Below, piece after piece: positions 1 through 13,500 of a DNA stretch of 64,000 bases. The stretch is taken from positions 53,196,001-53,260,000 of the forward strand of contig CM060733.1 in NCBI GenBank assembly GCA_030704615.1, given 5' to 3'. This stretch comes from Takakia lepidozioides (Eukaryota; Plantae; Bryophyta). Made by a program: the position numbers and the translations under genes. Positions within the stretch are counted from its first letter, which is position 1; the number at the start of each line of letters is the position of its first letter. The notes under the pieces are model-generated. The model made no database searches. It was given only the letters and a program-made list of their open reading frames with translations, and was not told where the DNA came from.

Positions 1-900
1 AAATTCAGATAAGATTTCATAATTTAATATTCACTCGTACACGCACTTGCTATTATTCTATAGATCATTTATGTATATCCCATGAATTCAAGAAGATTAT
101 GAGTAACCTATGCATAAGATGGATGCATAGGAATTGTGATAAAGAACAATTGGATCTAATAACATGTGTGCACGTATACTCTATAGTTTTCTAGTTTGTT
201 CGTAATACTTGGAATTTTTGTATTGACAGATATGCAATGAAATATTTTTAACTAAACAAAATTACAAATATGTGACAGATCCAATTAAAATCTATTCTAT
301 AACAGCCTTCTTAAAAATATCACAATTCCCCGTTCATTCTTATTTTAAAATTTAAAATTTATTTTAAAATACAGATAAGATTTCATAATTTAATATTCAC
401 TCGTACATGCACTAGCTATTATTATATGTGTATCCCATGAATTCAAGAAGATTATGAGTAACCTATGCATAGGATGGATGCATAGGAATTGTGATAAAGA
501 ACATTTGGATCTAATAACATGTGTGGACGTATATTCTATAGTTTTCTAGTTTGTTCGTAATAATTGGAATTTTTGTATTGACAGATATGCAATGAAGTAT
601 TTTGTATTAAAAATATGTGACAGATCGAATTAAAATCTATCCTATAACAGCCTTTTTTAAATGCATATAAAATATCACAATTCCCTGTTCATTCTTACAT
701 GTACCTTTTATTCTTATATTGATCATTTATGTGTACAAAAATTTTCATTGTCGTGCAATAAGTTGTTTTAAATAAAAAATCACATGGATTTGGGAGATCA
801 AATTGAAAAAATGAATAACAAATATCATTTTAATATGCAGATTAGATTTCATCTAACATGCACCTCCTATTATTATATAGATCATTTATGTGTATCGCAT
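1..900. repeat. AT-rich tandem block of ~360-bp units; 1-653 is the reverse complement of 8747-9409
   Basis: The unit start CAGATAAGATTTCATAATTTAATATTCACTCGTAC occurs at ~6 and ~372, with a degenerate third unit after ~690. A near-identical inverted copy lies at 8747-9409. Confidence 0.9.
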
Positions 901-3900
901 GAACTAAGTGACCTATACAACTGAGTGTTCTGAGTGAGAAAATGTGGGAGTCAAAAATCTGCCGCTGAAGCCACAACGCAGATGTTTTGGTTCTGTAGGC
1001 ACGACATAATGACCTGTGTATTTGGCAAGCCCAAGTACGAGATTCAGGGAATGCCGGAGCCTCCGGGTGTTTGGCCTATTGCACCGGGTTGCAACCTCTT
1101 TCAGAATGAGGTGTTTGCTCTTTCAGCAGCAGGATTTTGAATGGTGCAACACACAGACGTCCCGCCCCACCAGCCCGTCCCGTCCAGACCCCAGCCATTG
1201 CAGACTGCTCGGTCCAGTAGAGACGGATTGGAAGTCAGATGATTGTGTTTGGCATCTAAGCCCACCATACTCAGGCGTAGATAAAGGAGACAATGGGCCA
1301 TATGCTGTAAAATTCCCTTTCAAGATTATGATCAAAGCTTCATTTACTGTAGTGTTTCAGAATTTGTCATATGAAAAATCTGAAATTGGGACAAAGTACA
1401 ACTGCAAGAGACAAGTCAAGAAGGCATCAGACAAGGGAAAAAGTTCATCATATCCACTCCATGCCCAGACGACCCAAAAAAACTTCCAGACATTCCCCGA
1501 TTCAAAAACCTTTGAAGTACTACATCTTCGACATAATCACATCTATAGAATGGCCAAGGGACACAGCAGAGAGTGGTAAAACTGTGCTTTGCATTAGCAT
1601 TGTAAACACCTGGTTTAAGATGTGGAAGTGAGAGACATATTGTAGGAAACATAGAAGATTCTTATGACTCAGAGATTCCACCACTCGTTTTCTTTAACTG
1701 AAGCTGCAGCAAACTGAAAAAGAGGAAATGAGTGAATCCAACCTCCGAGATAACATCTTGTAGTGGATTTGAACATGGCAGATAAACTCGATCCCCCCCA
1801 GTTTGGGTCTCATCCCACACTGCGCTAGCTGTGACTCTGGCTTTAGCAACTCCATTATGATGCGCACCCGGTCCCCATAATGCACAACCAATGCTTTCAA
1901 TATCTAAGCTGCATCCTCCACCTTTGGGTCCTGCAACATCTTCCAATATTCTGGCAATGTCATCGTTCTCTAGGACTTTTTTAGACCCTCCATGGACCCT
2001 GCTTCAGGTCTATTTGTTCTGCAGACCTTGACATGTAATGCAAGAAGCTTGAGAATGTCTTAGTGACATTAACCAAAGGTCATGTGGCAAATCCATATCT
2101 GTTGACAAACAATACTTCATGGGATCCGCTCTGACAGATGAATATCGGAATCTTGGTGAGCAGAGAATGTTTTTCAAAGAACACATGCAAGCATAGTACA
2201 TCAGCTTCTTGGTTGGAAAGTAAGAAGAAGGCCGTGGCTCGGGCTGCAAACACCCTCTCTACGTTTGATTGCCGCATTGGCGATCCTTATATAAACTTCA
2301 CGAGCCCATGATAGAGTGAAACTACTCGTTTCACTTCAAACCTGCCAAATCACTCAAATACACTAGTCAGGACTGGATCCCCAAGTTCAAGTTGGAGGCA
2401 CTTGAGAGATTGTTGTGTGTTGATATCTCGCATTTTTTGTCTACACATCGTTTAGTACCAGAGCACCACATTCAGGCAGACAACAATATTTTTCAACTAT
2501 AAATGCAACAGTAATGTGCACTAAAGAGGACATTTCGCAAAGCATATATGTGCCAACTTACGAGGGGCTGAATGGTGCTAAGATGGCGACGCATAGCGGA
2601 TACGATTCAAGGTCTGCAAATTGAAAACCCCGATCTGTCCCTCTTAGTCTTATTTAGACGCGAAATCTCATTTGAAACTTCTCTATGCACACCCAGCTTC
2701 CAGCTTCCCCGGGCTTCCATTTCCACCGGGCATAATCTCTACCTGTAAGAAAAATATGACATAACACAATCCGACTTTTCCAAAAGGCTCCAATGCACTT
2801 CCATTCAGTGTAAAGACTTGCTCCGTTTACTAGTCAGCATTCCATACACACTCGTGGGCAAACATTAAAAAATGATTTCATTTTCTTCCCATGGTTTTCA
2901 TAGAGTCTATGAAAACAACCATCAAGTCTGTACCAACACTAAACAAAAAAACAACCACCCATCAAGGCACCTGCATCTCGGAAAAAACTGCAAGTAAATC
3001 CATAGATACCTTCACAATGACTATGATTGTAGAACTTTGCAAGACAGTCTCAGACAGTATTGAATGAGATGCTTCCAGCAACTATAAGATGCCGTGAATC
3101 AATCAGCTTCCTTCCATTAAAGGAGCCTCCATACGGCCTGCATGCATTGCCCTGAGCTCATTGTCATCATATTCCAAAGATACCCCTACTCTACAATGTT
3201 ACATCTCTCGGAAACCCAACTCCTCATTATTTGCCCTCAATTTCCCCTTCCATATGTCTGCTTTGCCAGAAACAGATTGGAGAAAAATTTCCATGGATAA
3301 CTACTACAAAATCCAACAATCAGAACAGACTCTCATGCCAAACTACATGTTACTATCTGGTGAAGTCCATTTGTAGATGAAATTCTTCACACATCAGTAC
3401 ATGCAGTAGCCTTATGGCCATTGATCCCACATGATACAATCCGTCCTAATTGTGCAAGATTTTTTTCTATTAAACTGCCATAGTTGTGACTGCAATCTCC
3501 TATTGATGAGGTTGGGATTCACTCTTCCTGCTCCAGAACATAAGAGGTATATTTAATTGCAGAAAGTGTGACCGTCAAAGTAGTTCAAATTGTAATATTT
3601 CTTGAGAGGGGAGTGCAAATGTGATACTAGTGTAACCACCATCATTAATCTCAACATACCAATAGACTGTCATGATTCCTCTGCCACTAGTGACAGTCAA
3701 GAAGGCAATGATTATAAAGAATGGTCGATATCATGACTTCTTTGTAGCTCAGTATGTAGATGCCTCAAACACAAGAATGTATGGATCAAGCAAGGTGAGA
3801 TATATCATCCAGAGGAGAAAAACTAACATGTCAGGCATACCTCCAAGATGCCAGGTACGTGATCCGACCAATTTGAATGGGCAAAGCAACAAGGGTGCCG

Positions 3901-5050
3901 ATGATTGCTACCATTATCTATTGTATATTAATGATACATGTATACAACGTCTACAACTCTGACAACCTATGCTATATGAGGTTATATATAAGGTCTTATT
4001 GGTTATATGATATACTTATAAATGACCTACATAATATTGGGGGGTACATGTACATTGTAAAAACCCTAACTGTCAACATTTTTCATCCAGCGCATGTGCA
4101 TCATACAACGCACCGACATCATGATGATCTCCTGAGATCATCCATGGACCATCCATCATGCATCCATCATCCATCAACCGACATCATGAATCATCGACCG
4201 ACATCATCAATCATCCATCGACATCATCCACCGCACAAACATCATCTTGCGCACATTTAACATCCAAAGCACCTTTATCATCGTGTGTCATGTACAATTT
4301 TTTTTATACTGCATGTTTTTTGGAGAAGAGACATGGCCAACTGCAAAGATGCCTTCATTCAGTGGTGGGTCCTCCATCATCGTGTGTCATTTGTTGTTTA
4401 TACTGCATTATTTTCTGAGCACGGACCCGAACAGCAGAGATGCCTCCAATTAGTGGCAGAGATGTCATGAATCAGCGTTGGGTCTTTGATTTGGTGGTCT
4501 TTTCTGAAGCCGTTTGGGAGAAGCTACTTATATCAGCCGACCATATGCACTGCGCTTCTACAAAGGCATCGAGGAAGGGAGTTTCACGGATTGGGGCATC
4601 CCGAGTGGTGCTGATAGAAGTTCCCTGGAATGGAGCAGTTTGTCGGCAGGCAACCAACGGAGTTTTGTGAATCAGATAGTACAAAAAGGTTGTACTTTGC
4701 AAGACTGGTGGCCGCGCACACTACTATCACTTTGATGAATTGTGCATTTTTGGTCTCTTTCTGTACACACAGGCTTTAGAGCAAAATGCATGATTTATCA
4801 ACAGAAAAGCAGTGAGTTTTGAAACTGCTATTTGACCACACTACTGCTGGTGAGGGCTATACCAGTATGCTCTGAGATGTGAAGTACAAATATAGGGACA
4901 GGTTCTTCAAACCTAGCCATCTTCCGGATTCTTGGACTAACAGTTGTTGTTTTTTCCTCGAATTCAAGATAGGTTCTTCACCTATCATGAAGCTTCAGAT
5001 CAACCCTTCAACCTGCACAGCACCTTAACAATAAACCGTAATATCTTAGG

Positions 5051-5152
5051 CACGGGGCACCAACAAGGTTGGTGGTGCCACTAAGGGAGGCGGCGCCAGG
5101 TTGTTGGCACACCTTAGTTCAGATTGGCACAACCTAATTTCTGATAAATACA
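5051..5152 (+). mobile_element. ~100-bp terminal-inverted-repeat-like sequence (pairs with 9872-9972)
   Basis: CACGGGGCACCAACA...GGCACAACCTAATTTCTGATAAATACA matches the reverse complement of 9872-9972 with few substitutions. Both copies are followed internally by TA/CA microsatellite. No TSD was found. Confidence 0.7.
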
Positions 5153-5589
5153 CACACACATATATATATATATGAAAGCTTTTCCTTACATTTGATGTGG
5201 CTATTTCGTTCTATCTTTCTTAAGGTGAGTTCACAGTTTCCTAGGCTCTCACTCACTGGAAAGGTGTTCCAACACATATGCAATAATCAAATGAAGGACT
5301 TACCAGGATACCTACTGAGTACATGCACATTTTGGATTTGTTAAATTGGGTCTAATAATGAGTATCCATATATTTGCCCTGGGTAAGTTAGGTACCAGTT
5401 ATCGAATACCTGCCAAGTGCTCTTAGCTAGAATGTGCCCCGTTTGTGCAAACTTGATGTTTTCTCCATAATGCTTGAGATTTGTGAAGAGATCGCAACAA
5501 GAGGAAGTGGAGGAGGCTCACAGCCAAATCCCAATACAAGAAGTTCCTTGCAACCAGGGCCTGTCAGGCCTCTTCCCACAATTGCAAAC

Positions 5590-6440
5590 ATTGTGTGGCC
5601 ATCTCCTGATGATGAAGTTCCTTTTTGGAAACAAAATAACCCAAAACAAGGTGATTCAAAGGTAGTTGCAATTGACATGAGCTCATCAAAGGGCATATGT
5701 CTGGATAAGGATCTGGCATACATAATACACATGACATCAGAGATGGCCCCCTTGGCCAAAGTGGGGGGTTTAGGGATGTGCTAACTGGTCCTGCTCGGGC
5801 ATGACTTGAAAGGGGACATAAAGTGGAGGTGATGCTACATTTCTATGAGAAGATACCTAAAGATGAGATCGAGGGCCTTGTTCCTGCCATCTCATATTCA
5901 TCATATCATAGGGGAGAATTGGGTGCCCATTCACATTTATCGTGGTAAAGGTCTTGGGAGTACCCATTCTATTTGGAGCCAAACAACCAATTTTTGAAAG
6001 GGTCACAAATCTATGGAGGGTCTTATGATGACCTGGAAGCATATTTGTTTTTCAGCCGTGCCAGCCTTGAATGGATGCAGGTCTGAGCTGTAGCCCTTCA
6101 CAATTTGATAACTTGACATGTTTGCTCCATCAGCCCCTTGTGAAATCGATCATATTACAATTAGGTCAGAAATGGAATTCATGCTTTCTACAAAGCTAGA
6201 TACTAGATAGTGTAAAGATTGTTCAGACAAAAGTGTGACTAGTTTGATATTGTTGCAGTCTAGAGGCCCAAACATTCAACCTTAGGAACTTTGTTCATTT
6301 GAGACCATTAACCCATCTATCTCACCCCACTTTTATCGTTCTTCTTATACACACAGATCACAAGAACCCAACCAGACATAATTCATATCCATGAGTGGCA
6401 AATACTTGGCCTGGCAATGCTCTACCGGGACATGTACCAC
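5590..6440 (+). pseudogene. Starch synthase VI-like (GT5) gene fragment with frameshifts, a stop and one retained intron
   Basis: Reading across frameshifts gives IVWPSPDDEVPFWK...YIIHMTSEMAPLAKVGGLG/DVLTGPARA*LERGHKVEVML...IYGGSYDDLEAYLFFSRASLEWMQ, then a GT-AG intron at 6081-6356, then ITRTQPDIIHIHEWQ. KVGGLGDV is the ADP-glucose-binding motif. Confidence 0.85.
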
Positions 6441-7129
6441 ATATATGGTGAATATACCAGTTTCAGGCCCTGCAAGACTATGTTGTATGAGTTTAATCAG
6501 CTGGAAGTAATCTCTGCACAATGTTTTTTTCAAGAATGTATCTTCGGATATATGGTCGTTATTCTGAATTATATCAAAATGTTAATGTCCACAGTAACCT
6601 CGAAAATCTGGGCATGTGCAACACTTTAAATTGCTTAAATTTAAAAAAAAAAAAAAATATCAATATGAAACAAATTTCATTAAAAAACAATATATTTTTC
6701 ATGGAAAATTACAAATGAAAAATCCCAAACAATTGAAATCTAAACCAATCAGAAACAAAGATAAAAGAGAAATCATGTAAACAACATTCATAATCCAAAT
6801 CTAGTTTTTATTTTTATTTTTATTTTTATTTTTATATTTTTAGAAAGGGTTAGTGGCCCTTGAGAACTTTATTATAAGTTATTGTGGGGAAAAAAATTAA
6901 AACCCCGGATGAGCCATAAGGCGCACTCTAGTTGTTGTATCAAAACGAGCCACATTTATTTTATTTTATTTTATTTTATGGATCTTTTTTTAGATTTTTT
7001 CCAAGGCAGTGTCCCCTTTCTCAGCCTTTATGGCTTGTCATGTGAGGTTATTTTTCCCTCAGCAACATATTTTGGTCTATCCCATACATTGTATTTTATT
7101 TGAAAAGAAAAACAAGCCACATAAGTTAC

Positions 7130-7330
7130 CCACCTAGGTTTGGTAGCTTTGCAGGGTTCAAATCATACCACTTTGGTCCTGCGGGTTCTGACCGGTTGGT
7201 TTGGAGGTGACGTTTCCCCCTTGTGTGCCCAATGCCTTATCTTAAAGGGGGTTAATTTTTCCTCTTCTCAAGGGTCTGAAATGTAAGCAGTCACTCCCAG
7301 GTTTCCTTTAAATATAATCTAAGAAAAACA
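7130..7330 (+). mobile_element. Degenerate copy of the tRNA-derived SINE at 37157-37378
   Basis: Has a B-box-like GGGTTCAAATC. Its 3' part TCAAGGGTCTGAAATGTAAGCAGTCACTCCCAGGTTTCC resembles TCAAGGGGCCTGATTTGTGAGCTGTCGCTCCTAGGTGTTTCC of the 37-kb copy. Confidence 0.5.
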
Positions 7331-7989
7331 TTACCCTAAGTTAGATGGGTGACATGGGCCCAAAGCTGAAAAAACCATTGGCCCCTAACAGAAAAGTCGA
7401 TTCAAAAGCTGAGACAGATGCAAAATGGTTTCAACTGGACATGATCTTGTACCTAACCTCCACCCAAAAAGACAACTGCTGCCCAATCCAAAAAATCTTT
7501 AAATCCCAAAAATCTTTGTCGTTCAATGTGGAACATGATATATATTTATTATGAGGAACACAAATCTGTGAAGTTTTTGAAGGGTTTGGATGAAATGATA
7601 ACAACCATACATCTTGAGAATTATTGAAAATAATATTTTGTTGATACTCTTATAAAGGTATCATGTCGAAGTTGGGATGTCTGTTTTGATAGATGTTTAA
7701 CATATCAAACTCTTATACGTTGATACTCTTACATTGGTATCATATTTGATGTAGGTACATAGCCATATTGGCACATTTTTATCACTTAGTACTTTGACAT
7801 ATGTGCCAACTTCAATATGATTTTGTAGGTCAATCATTTTTTTCTTATTTTTTTTCTTTTTAGTTTCAAAACAAACACCCGCCCAAGCAATTGGCCCTTG
7901 AGGTGGGGAAAAAAAACCCCGTTCTTCGCCATGGAGGCATTATAGGGGTAGAGCCCAAGCCCAAAGGTAAGAGAGACAAATGACATGTT

Positions 7990-8680
7990 GATACACGAGT
8001 GCCCCTCTTAGCCCAGCTGGGGGCCTCAGTTGAACCACCGGTCAACCCCATTCACGTCGGTCATGCACACCATTTTGGGATGATCTACCCGGTACCTGAC
8101 CCTCCATACCTCGTCCAATCCGCAACCTCCTTAAAACCACAACTAAAGAAGCCAAAAAAACAGCCTCAACCTCTCTTAGCCATACCAAGCTTCATATCCA
8201 AAAATGGACCCCTTCCAATGTCCTGCACCATAAATTATCAAACCGCTTCTGGAACTCCAAAGCCGCCTCAGATGCACAAATAAGGCAAACACTCAAATTT
8301 AGATACGCCCAATATATGGGCCATCAATGCAAACACACCTTCTGGCCAACCCTATTCCCATCCCCACACTGCCCACTCTGCTCACACCTTCATGCTAAAC
8401 GTGATACCTGGCCTCGTATTCTCAGTGAATGTCCACACCTTGTCATCCACGGGTTGCAAATCGCTCGTCATAATCACGCCGTATGGCACATCCACAAACT
8501 TCTCTTACAATGTAGTGCAACCAAATGGTTTACACTCATCAACGCTGGCACCTACCAGGGTCAGTCTCCAGACCATACAGTACGTATTTGGCTCCTTCCA
8601 TGTATCTGTCAACCTTGCGGGTCCTGCACATGCCCCGCTAAACTATGCCCAGACATCCTCATAGTCCAGGGCCTCCCCGT
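7990..8680 (+). mobile_element. C-terminal fragment of an RLE-type non-LTR retrotransposon (Dualen/RandI-like)
   Basis: QTLKFRYAQYMG...CPLC...DTWPRILSECPH...IARHNHAV...PDILIV gives a zinc knuckle, RHN and PD motif of the restriction-like endonuclease. The fragment is truncated. Confidence 0.7.
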
Positions 8681-8746
8681 TAACAATATTTCAAACATTT
8701 ATAAGTATTTAGGTACAGAAATGCATTGACTATATATCTATACATC

Positions 8747-9830
8747 AGGCTGTTATAGGATAGATTTTAATTCGATCTGTCACATATTTTTAATTATTTT
8801 CAATACAAAATATTTCATTGCATATCTGTCAATACAAAAATTCCAAGTATTACGAACAAACTAGAAAACTATAGAATATACGTCCACACATGTTATTAGA
8901 TCCAAATGTTCTTTATCACAATTCCTATGCATCCATCCTATGCATAGGTTACTCATAATCTTCTTGAATTCATGGGATACACATATAATAATAGCTAGTG
9001 CATGTACGAGTGAATATTAAATTATGAAATCTTATCTGTATTTTAAAATAAATTTTAAATTTTAAAATAAGAATGAACGGGGTATTGTGATATTTTTAAG
9101 AAGGCTGTTATAGAATAGATTTTAATTGGATCTGTTGCATATTTGTAATTTTGTTTAGGTAAAAATATTTCATTGCATATCTGTCAATACAAAAATTCCA
9201 AGTATTACGAACAAACTAGAAAACTATAGAGTATACGTGCACACATGTTATTAGATCCAATTGTTCTTTATCACAATTCCTATGCATCCATCCTATGCAT
9301 AGGTTACTTATAATCTTCTTGAATTCATGGGATACACATAAATGATCTATAGAATAATAGCAAGTGCGTGTACGAGTGAATATTAAGTTATGAAATCTTA
9401 TCTGCATTTTAAAATAAATTTATTATTATTTTATAATCCGATCTCACACATCCTTGTATTTTTAATTAAAAATAACTTATTGCAGGACAATGAAAATATT
9501 CTACTTATGAGACTCTGTAAATATAAATGACCAATATAATAATAGAAAACACATGTAAGAGGGAACATTAAATTGTGATATTTCATATGCATTTAATAAG
9601 GCTTTTATAGGATATATTTTAATTCAATCTCTACCCCTTTGTGATTTTTTAATTCACAATATTTTATTGCATATCTCATAATATAAAAATTCTAAGTAAT
9701 ACGAATAAACTAGAACACTATAGATTATACGTCCACATATTAGATCTAGTTGTTCTTTCAATATCATCAAATTATTACGTTATAGTCCAACATTCTTAAA
9801 GACAAGGTCTCATCATATTTGAATTATGCA
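8747..9830. repeat. Inverted copy of the 1-653 AT-rich block plus a further degenerate unit
   Basis: AGGCTGTTATAGGATAGATTTTAATTCGATCTGTCAC at 8747 is the reverse complement of ~617-653. The match runs to ~9409. Confidence 0.9.
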
Positions 9831-9871
9831 AATGACCCTAAACCCTCTATGTATATGTATACGTATATATA

Positions 9872-9972
9872 TGTATTTATCAGAAATTAGGTTGTGCCAA
9901 TCTGAACTAAGTTGTGCCAACAACCTGGCGCCGGCTCCCTTGGTGGCGCCACCTACGCTGTTGATGCCCATG
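9872..9972 (-). mobile_element. TIR-like end (pairs with 5051-5152)
   Basis: Reverse complement of 5051-5152, ending ...TGTTGATGCCCATG. Confidence 0.7.
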
Positions 9973-10596
9973 TTGTCAACAAGTGGTGTGAACAACTAAG
10001 TTGATTTGTGGAGGGACGTGGTCATACAGTATTCCTTCGTGTACCAAATGCTTGACAAATCAAAGATGAAAGCATCTAAGCATAAATTTGAAGGATTTAA
10101 GAATCTATTAGAGAATATTTGCTGAACAAGTGGGATGAACATGGGCATTTGGTATTCCAACTCATCCGTTTGCCCACAAAATCAACCCTGGACAAATCAT
10201 CTACAACCACTAGTGGTTGACTTGTCGAGGGTCCTAGATGATTTGTAGATGGTTGTAGATGATTTGTTGGGGGTTGTGGATGATTTGTCGAGGGTTGTAG
10301 ATGATAGTAAAATTGTGGAGCATTTGGTATTCCATAGGAACCCCTCCAACCCTTTGTATTGAAACATCATGTATACTTATTACCAAGATAAACAGTAGTC
10401 GCATCTCACAAGAGGACAAAGTGACATGTTGAGTAAGGCTAAAAGTTAGTCCCTTCCTTCAGAGCGTTATTCTCGTGTAGGTTTCGTTCTGTCGCTGGAA
10501 ATTTACCCCTTTTCAGTGTCGGTTGTGGACTAGGCTGATCTCATCTTGCTCAGGTTTTTGGATTCTTGCTTGGAGGATTTCAGCACAGGAGTGGCA

Positions 10597-13500
10597 ATGG
10601 GAGTCGGAGAGAGAGTCCCGTCGCGGGAGCTGTTCATCGATGGCGAGTGGATCGCCCCCATTAAGGGCCAGCACCTTCCGATCATTAATCCCACAACTGA
10701 GTTACTTTGTGGTATTACTTTTTGACCCAGAAAATGCCTATTGTAGCCCGTCGAGATTCCTTTCTTGGGAGACGACTGCTGATCTTCATCTCTGTGACCA
10801 GTGTAATTTGACGATCACCATGTTTGAGGAAATTCACGAATCGAAGGCAGAATTTGGTCTCTTGTAATTAGAATAATAGCTTGCAGGTATGAACTGTAAG
10901 TAAATTGGAAGGGAGTTTCTTTGGGCTGTTTGGCAATACCGGCTTTATCATTCTGAAGTTTGCCTTCACTATCATTCTGTCCAGTATTCGGAGTGTTTGT
11001 ACCGGCGACGTGAAACATTAGATCGGAAGGAGAGAGCCTCACCTAAAAGTGACATGTTCAAGTACTGAATTTTTCTTTCAGGCAAGATTCCGGCAGCAAC
11101 GGCTGAGGATGTGGATGCCGCAGTCAAGGCAGCAAGGGCAGCTTTCAGTCGTAACAAGGGCAAGGACTGGGCCCGGGCCAGCGGAAAAGTGCGGGCCAAA
11201 TACCTTCGTGCCATCGCCGCAAAGGTCAGTCCTGTTGCTTGGCATTTTGTCCATGCAATTGACCAAGAAATCCATTTTTCGTGATTCAAGGGCAAGGAAC
11301 AGGTTTTTTTGTTTGTGAAAATGTCTGTAACATCCAACCAGCAGCTCCTGACTAAATCAAGTTGTAAATTACGCTACTTATGTAATGCTTGAACACCTGC
11401 ATATGCTGCTTCTGTCTCACATATATCTCTGTGTGATTGATTGGTGTGCATTTGAGTGTCTCCAGTCGTAGGTCTTAATGTGTAGTTGGGTGCCATGGGT
11501 GCAGGTTTTGGAGAGGAAGACAGAGCTGGCAATACTCGAAGCCACCGATTGCGGCAAGCCCATTGATGAAGCCGAGTGGGACATGGTTTGTCTTGCACAA
11601 CTTCTCTCACTGCACCCCTCCGACCCTTGATCCTCTCCATCCCCCCTTCTCCCTGTCTCGACAACTGCATTGCAGCTCGCAAGTGGGTGCAGTGTACAAC
11701 AAGCTGTTCCAAGACTCAGTTTGTGAATCTCGGACTCGGGTTGTACTTTGGGCTGATAAACTTGGATGTTGTTAGGATGATGTGGCAGGGTGCTTTGAGT
11801 ATTATGCCGACCTGGCTGAGAAGTTGGACGAGAAACAGTATGCGCCTGTGGAGCTGCCCATGGCACAATTTAAGAGCAATGTGTTGCAAGAGCCGATTGG
11901 GGTCGTTGCTCTCATCACTCCCTGGTTTGGATCTCTAAGCCATTTCCTTTTGAATCAGGGTCACCTCTGTTTATATGTTTTTCTTAATCAGTTGTACTTC
12001 TTACGATTATAGATGTATGTTTCCATTCCTCATCTCCAGTTGACGGGTGTGGGTATTCACTACGTGCGGTTCAGTGTTTTCACAACACAAAGGTCTTCTG
12101 TCTGATGAAGTTGATGGATGTGTGTTTAACAGGAATTATCCACTTTTGATGGCAACATGGAAAGTAGCGCCTGCACTTGCTGCAGGGTGCACAGCTATAT
12201 TGAAACCCTCTGAAATGGCTTCCGTGTAGGTCCCCTTCCAAGTGTGTTGTAAGTTCATTTCTAGAAAAAACGAAACTGATCTTTCACAGGCATAGGTAAT
12301 TGACTAGCCATGGTCAACTTGAATCCGTTCCTTAACCCAGGACTGCCATTTCAATCTGCCTCACGCAGTTCCACGGCTAAACCCACTTGCAAATATTATT
12401 CCTTATGGCTGTGTTTGACATTCTTAAGGAACATGTATCTGTTGTTTCAATTGGTTTCAGGTTTTGACACATTTAGTGATATTCCTCCTGTCCTCAATAG
12501 AGCTGGAACTGCGGTTATTAAAGGCTAATGTTGCAGTACAGCACATGCCTGGAATTGGCAGCCATCGCTAAGGATGTGGGTCTCCCTCATGGAGTTTTGA
12601 ACATCATCACTGGTTTGGGACCCGATGCAGGTGCCCCTTTGGCCTCACATCCAGGTGTGGACAAGGTAATTCCGAACTGCTCATTGTTTTGGCTGGGTAT
12701 ACTTCATCCTTTCATTTATCTTGCGCTGAGGTCTTTCTCTGAGTGAATTCACGATCTCCAGAAATTCAGTGCATTAATGATATACTGAGAACTCTCTCTC
12801 CTTCACTTGAGCCGAATAATTGAGTCTAAAAAGTTGGGAGTTTGTGTGATACATATGCACATACATCTGATGCATAATAATAATGTGCCGGATGTTGGCA
12901 ATTGTGGTTGGGTGAGGGCAGGTAGCCTTCACTGGAAGCACTGCCACAGGCAAATCCATAATGACAGCAGCAGCACAACTTATCAAGGTAATGACTCAGT
13001 CACATTTCATGGCTACTTGGCAATTGAGTAAGGAGAGTAGTTTTCTTTTTGTAGCATGGCTTGAGCTGGATTTTGTCCCACACCCTCAATCATGCAAGCT
13101 GGGGGTACCACGACTCTCTGTTGCATTCAGCAGTTCGATTTCCCCCAAAGTGTCCTAGTCTTTTTGCTTAGGACTGTGAACCATCTGCCAAGAGACGTAC
13201 TGATGCGTGTCATATATTTGGCATTGAAGCTGTAACTAGGTCTTTGAATTTTACCATAGTAGTGGTAGTCAAATCCTTGGAATCCATCCACTGTCCATTC
13301 AATGAACAGAAAGCCCTGAGCTTCAAAGAGAAACTTAATGTCAGTTAAGAGTTTTTATTTCAGCATCAAGTTCAACAAGGGCTCCACTATGTGTGCAGCC
13401 AGTAACACTGGAGCTGGGTGGGAAGAGCCCTATCATCATTTTTGATGATGCAGATGTTGACAAAGGTACGTTCTCTCTCAGAAGTGTGCTCCATTCAAAG

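Noticed and set aside
3877-4470. His-rich ORFs
   Set aside because: They arise from low-complexity CATC/CAT repeats and a short local duplication.
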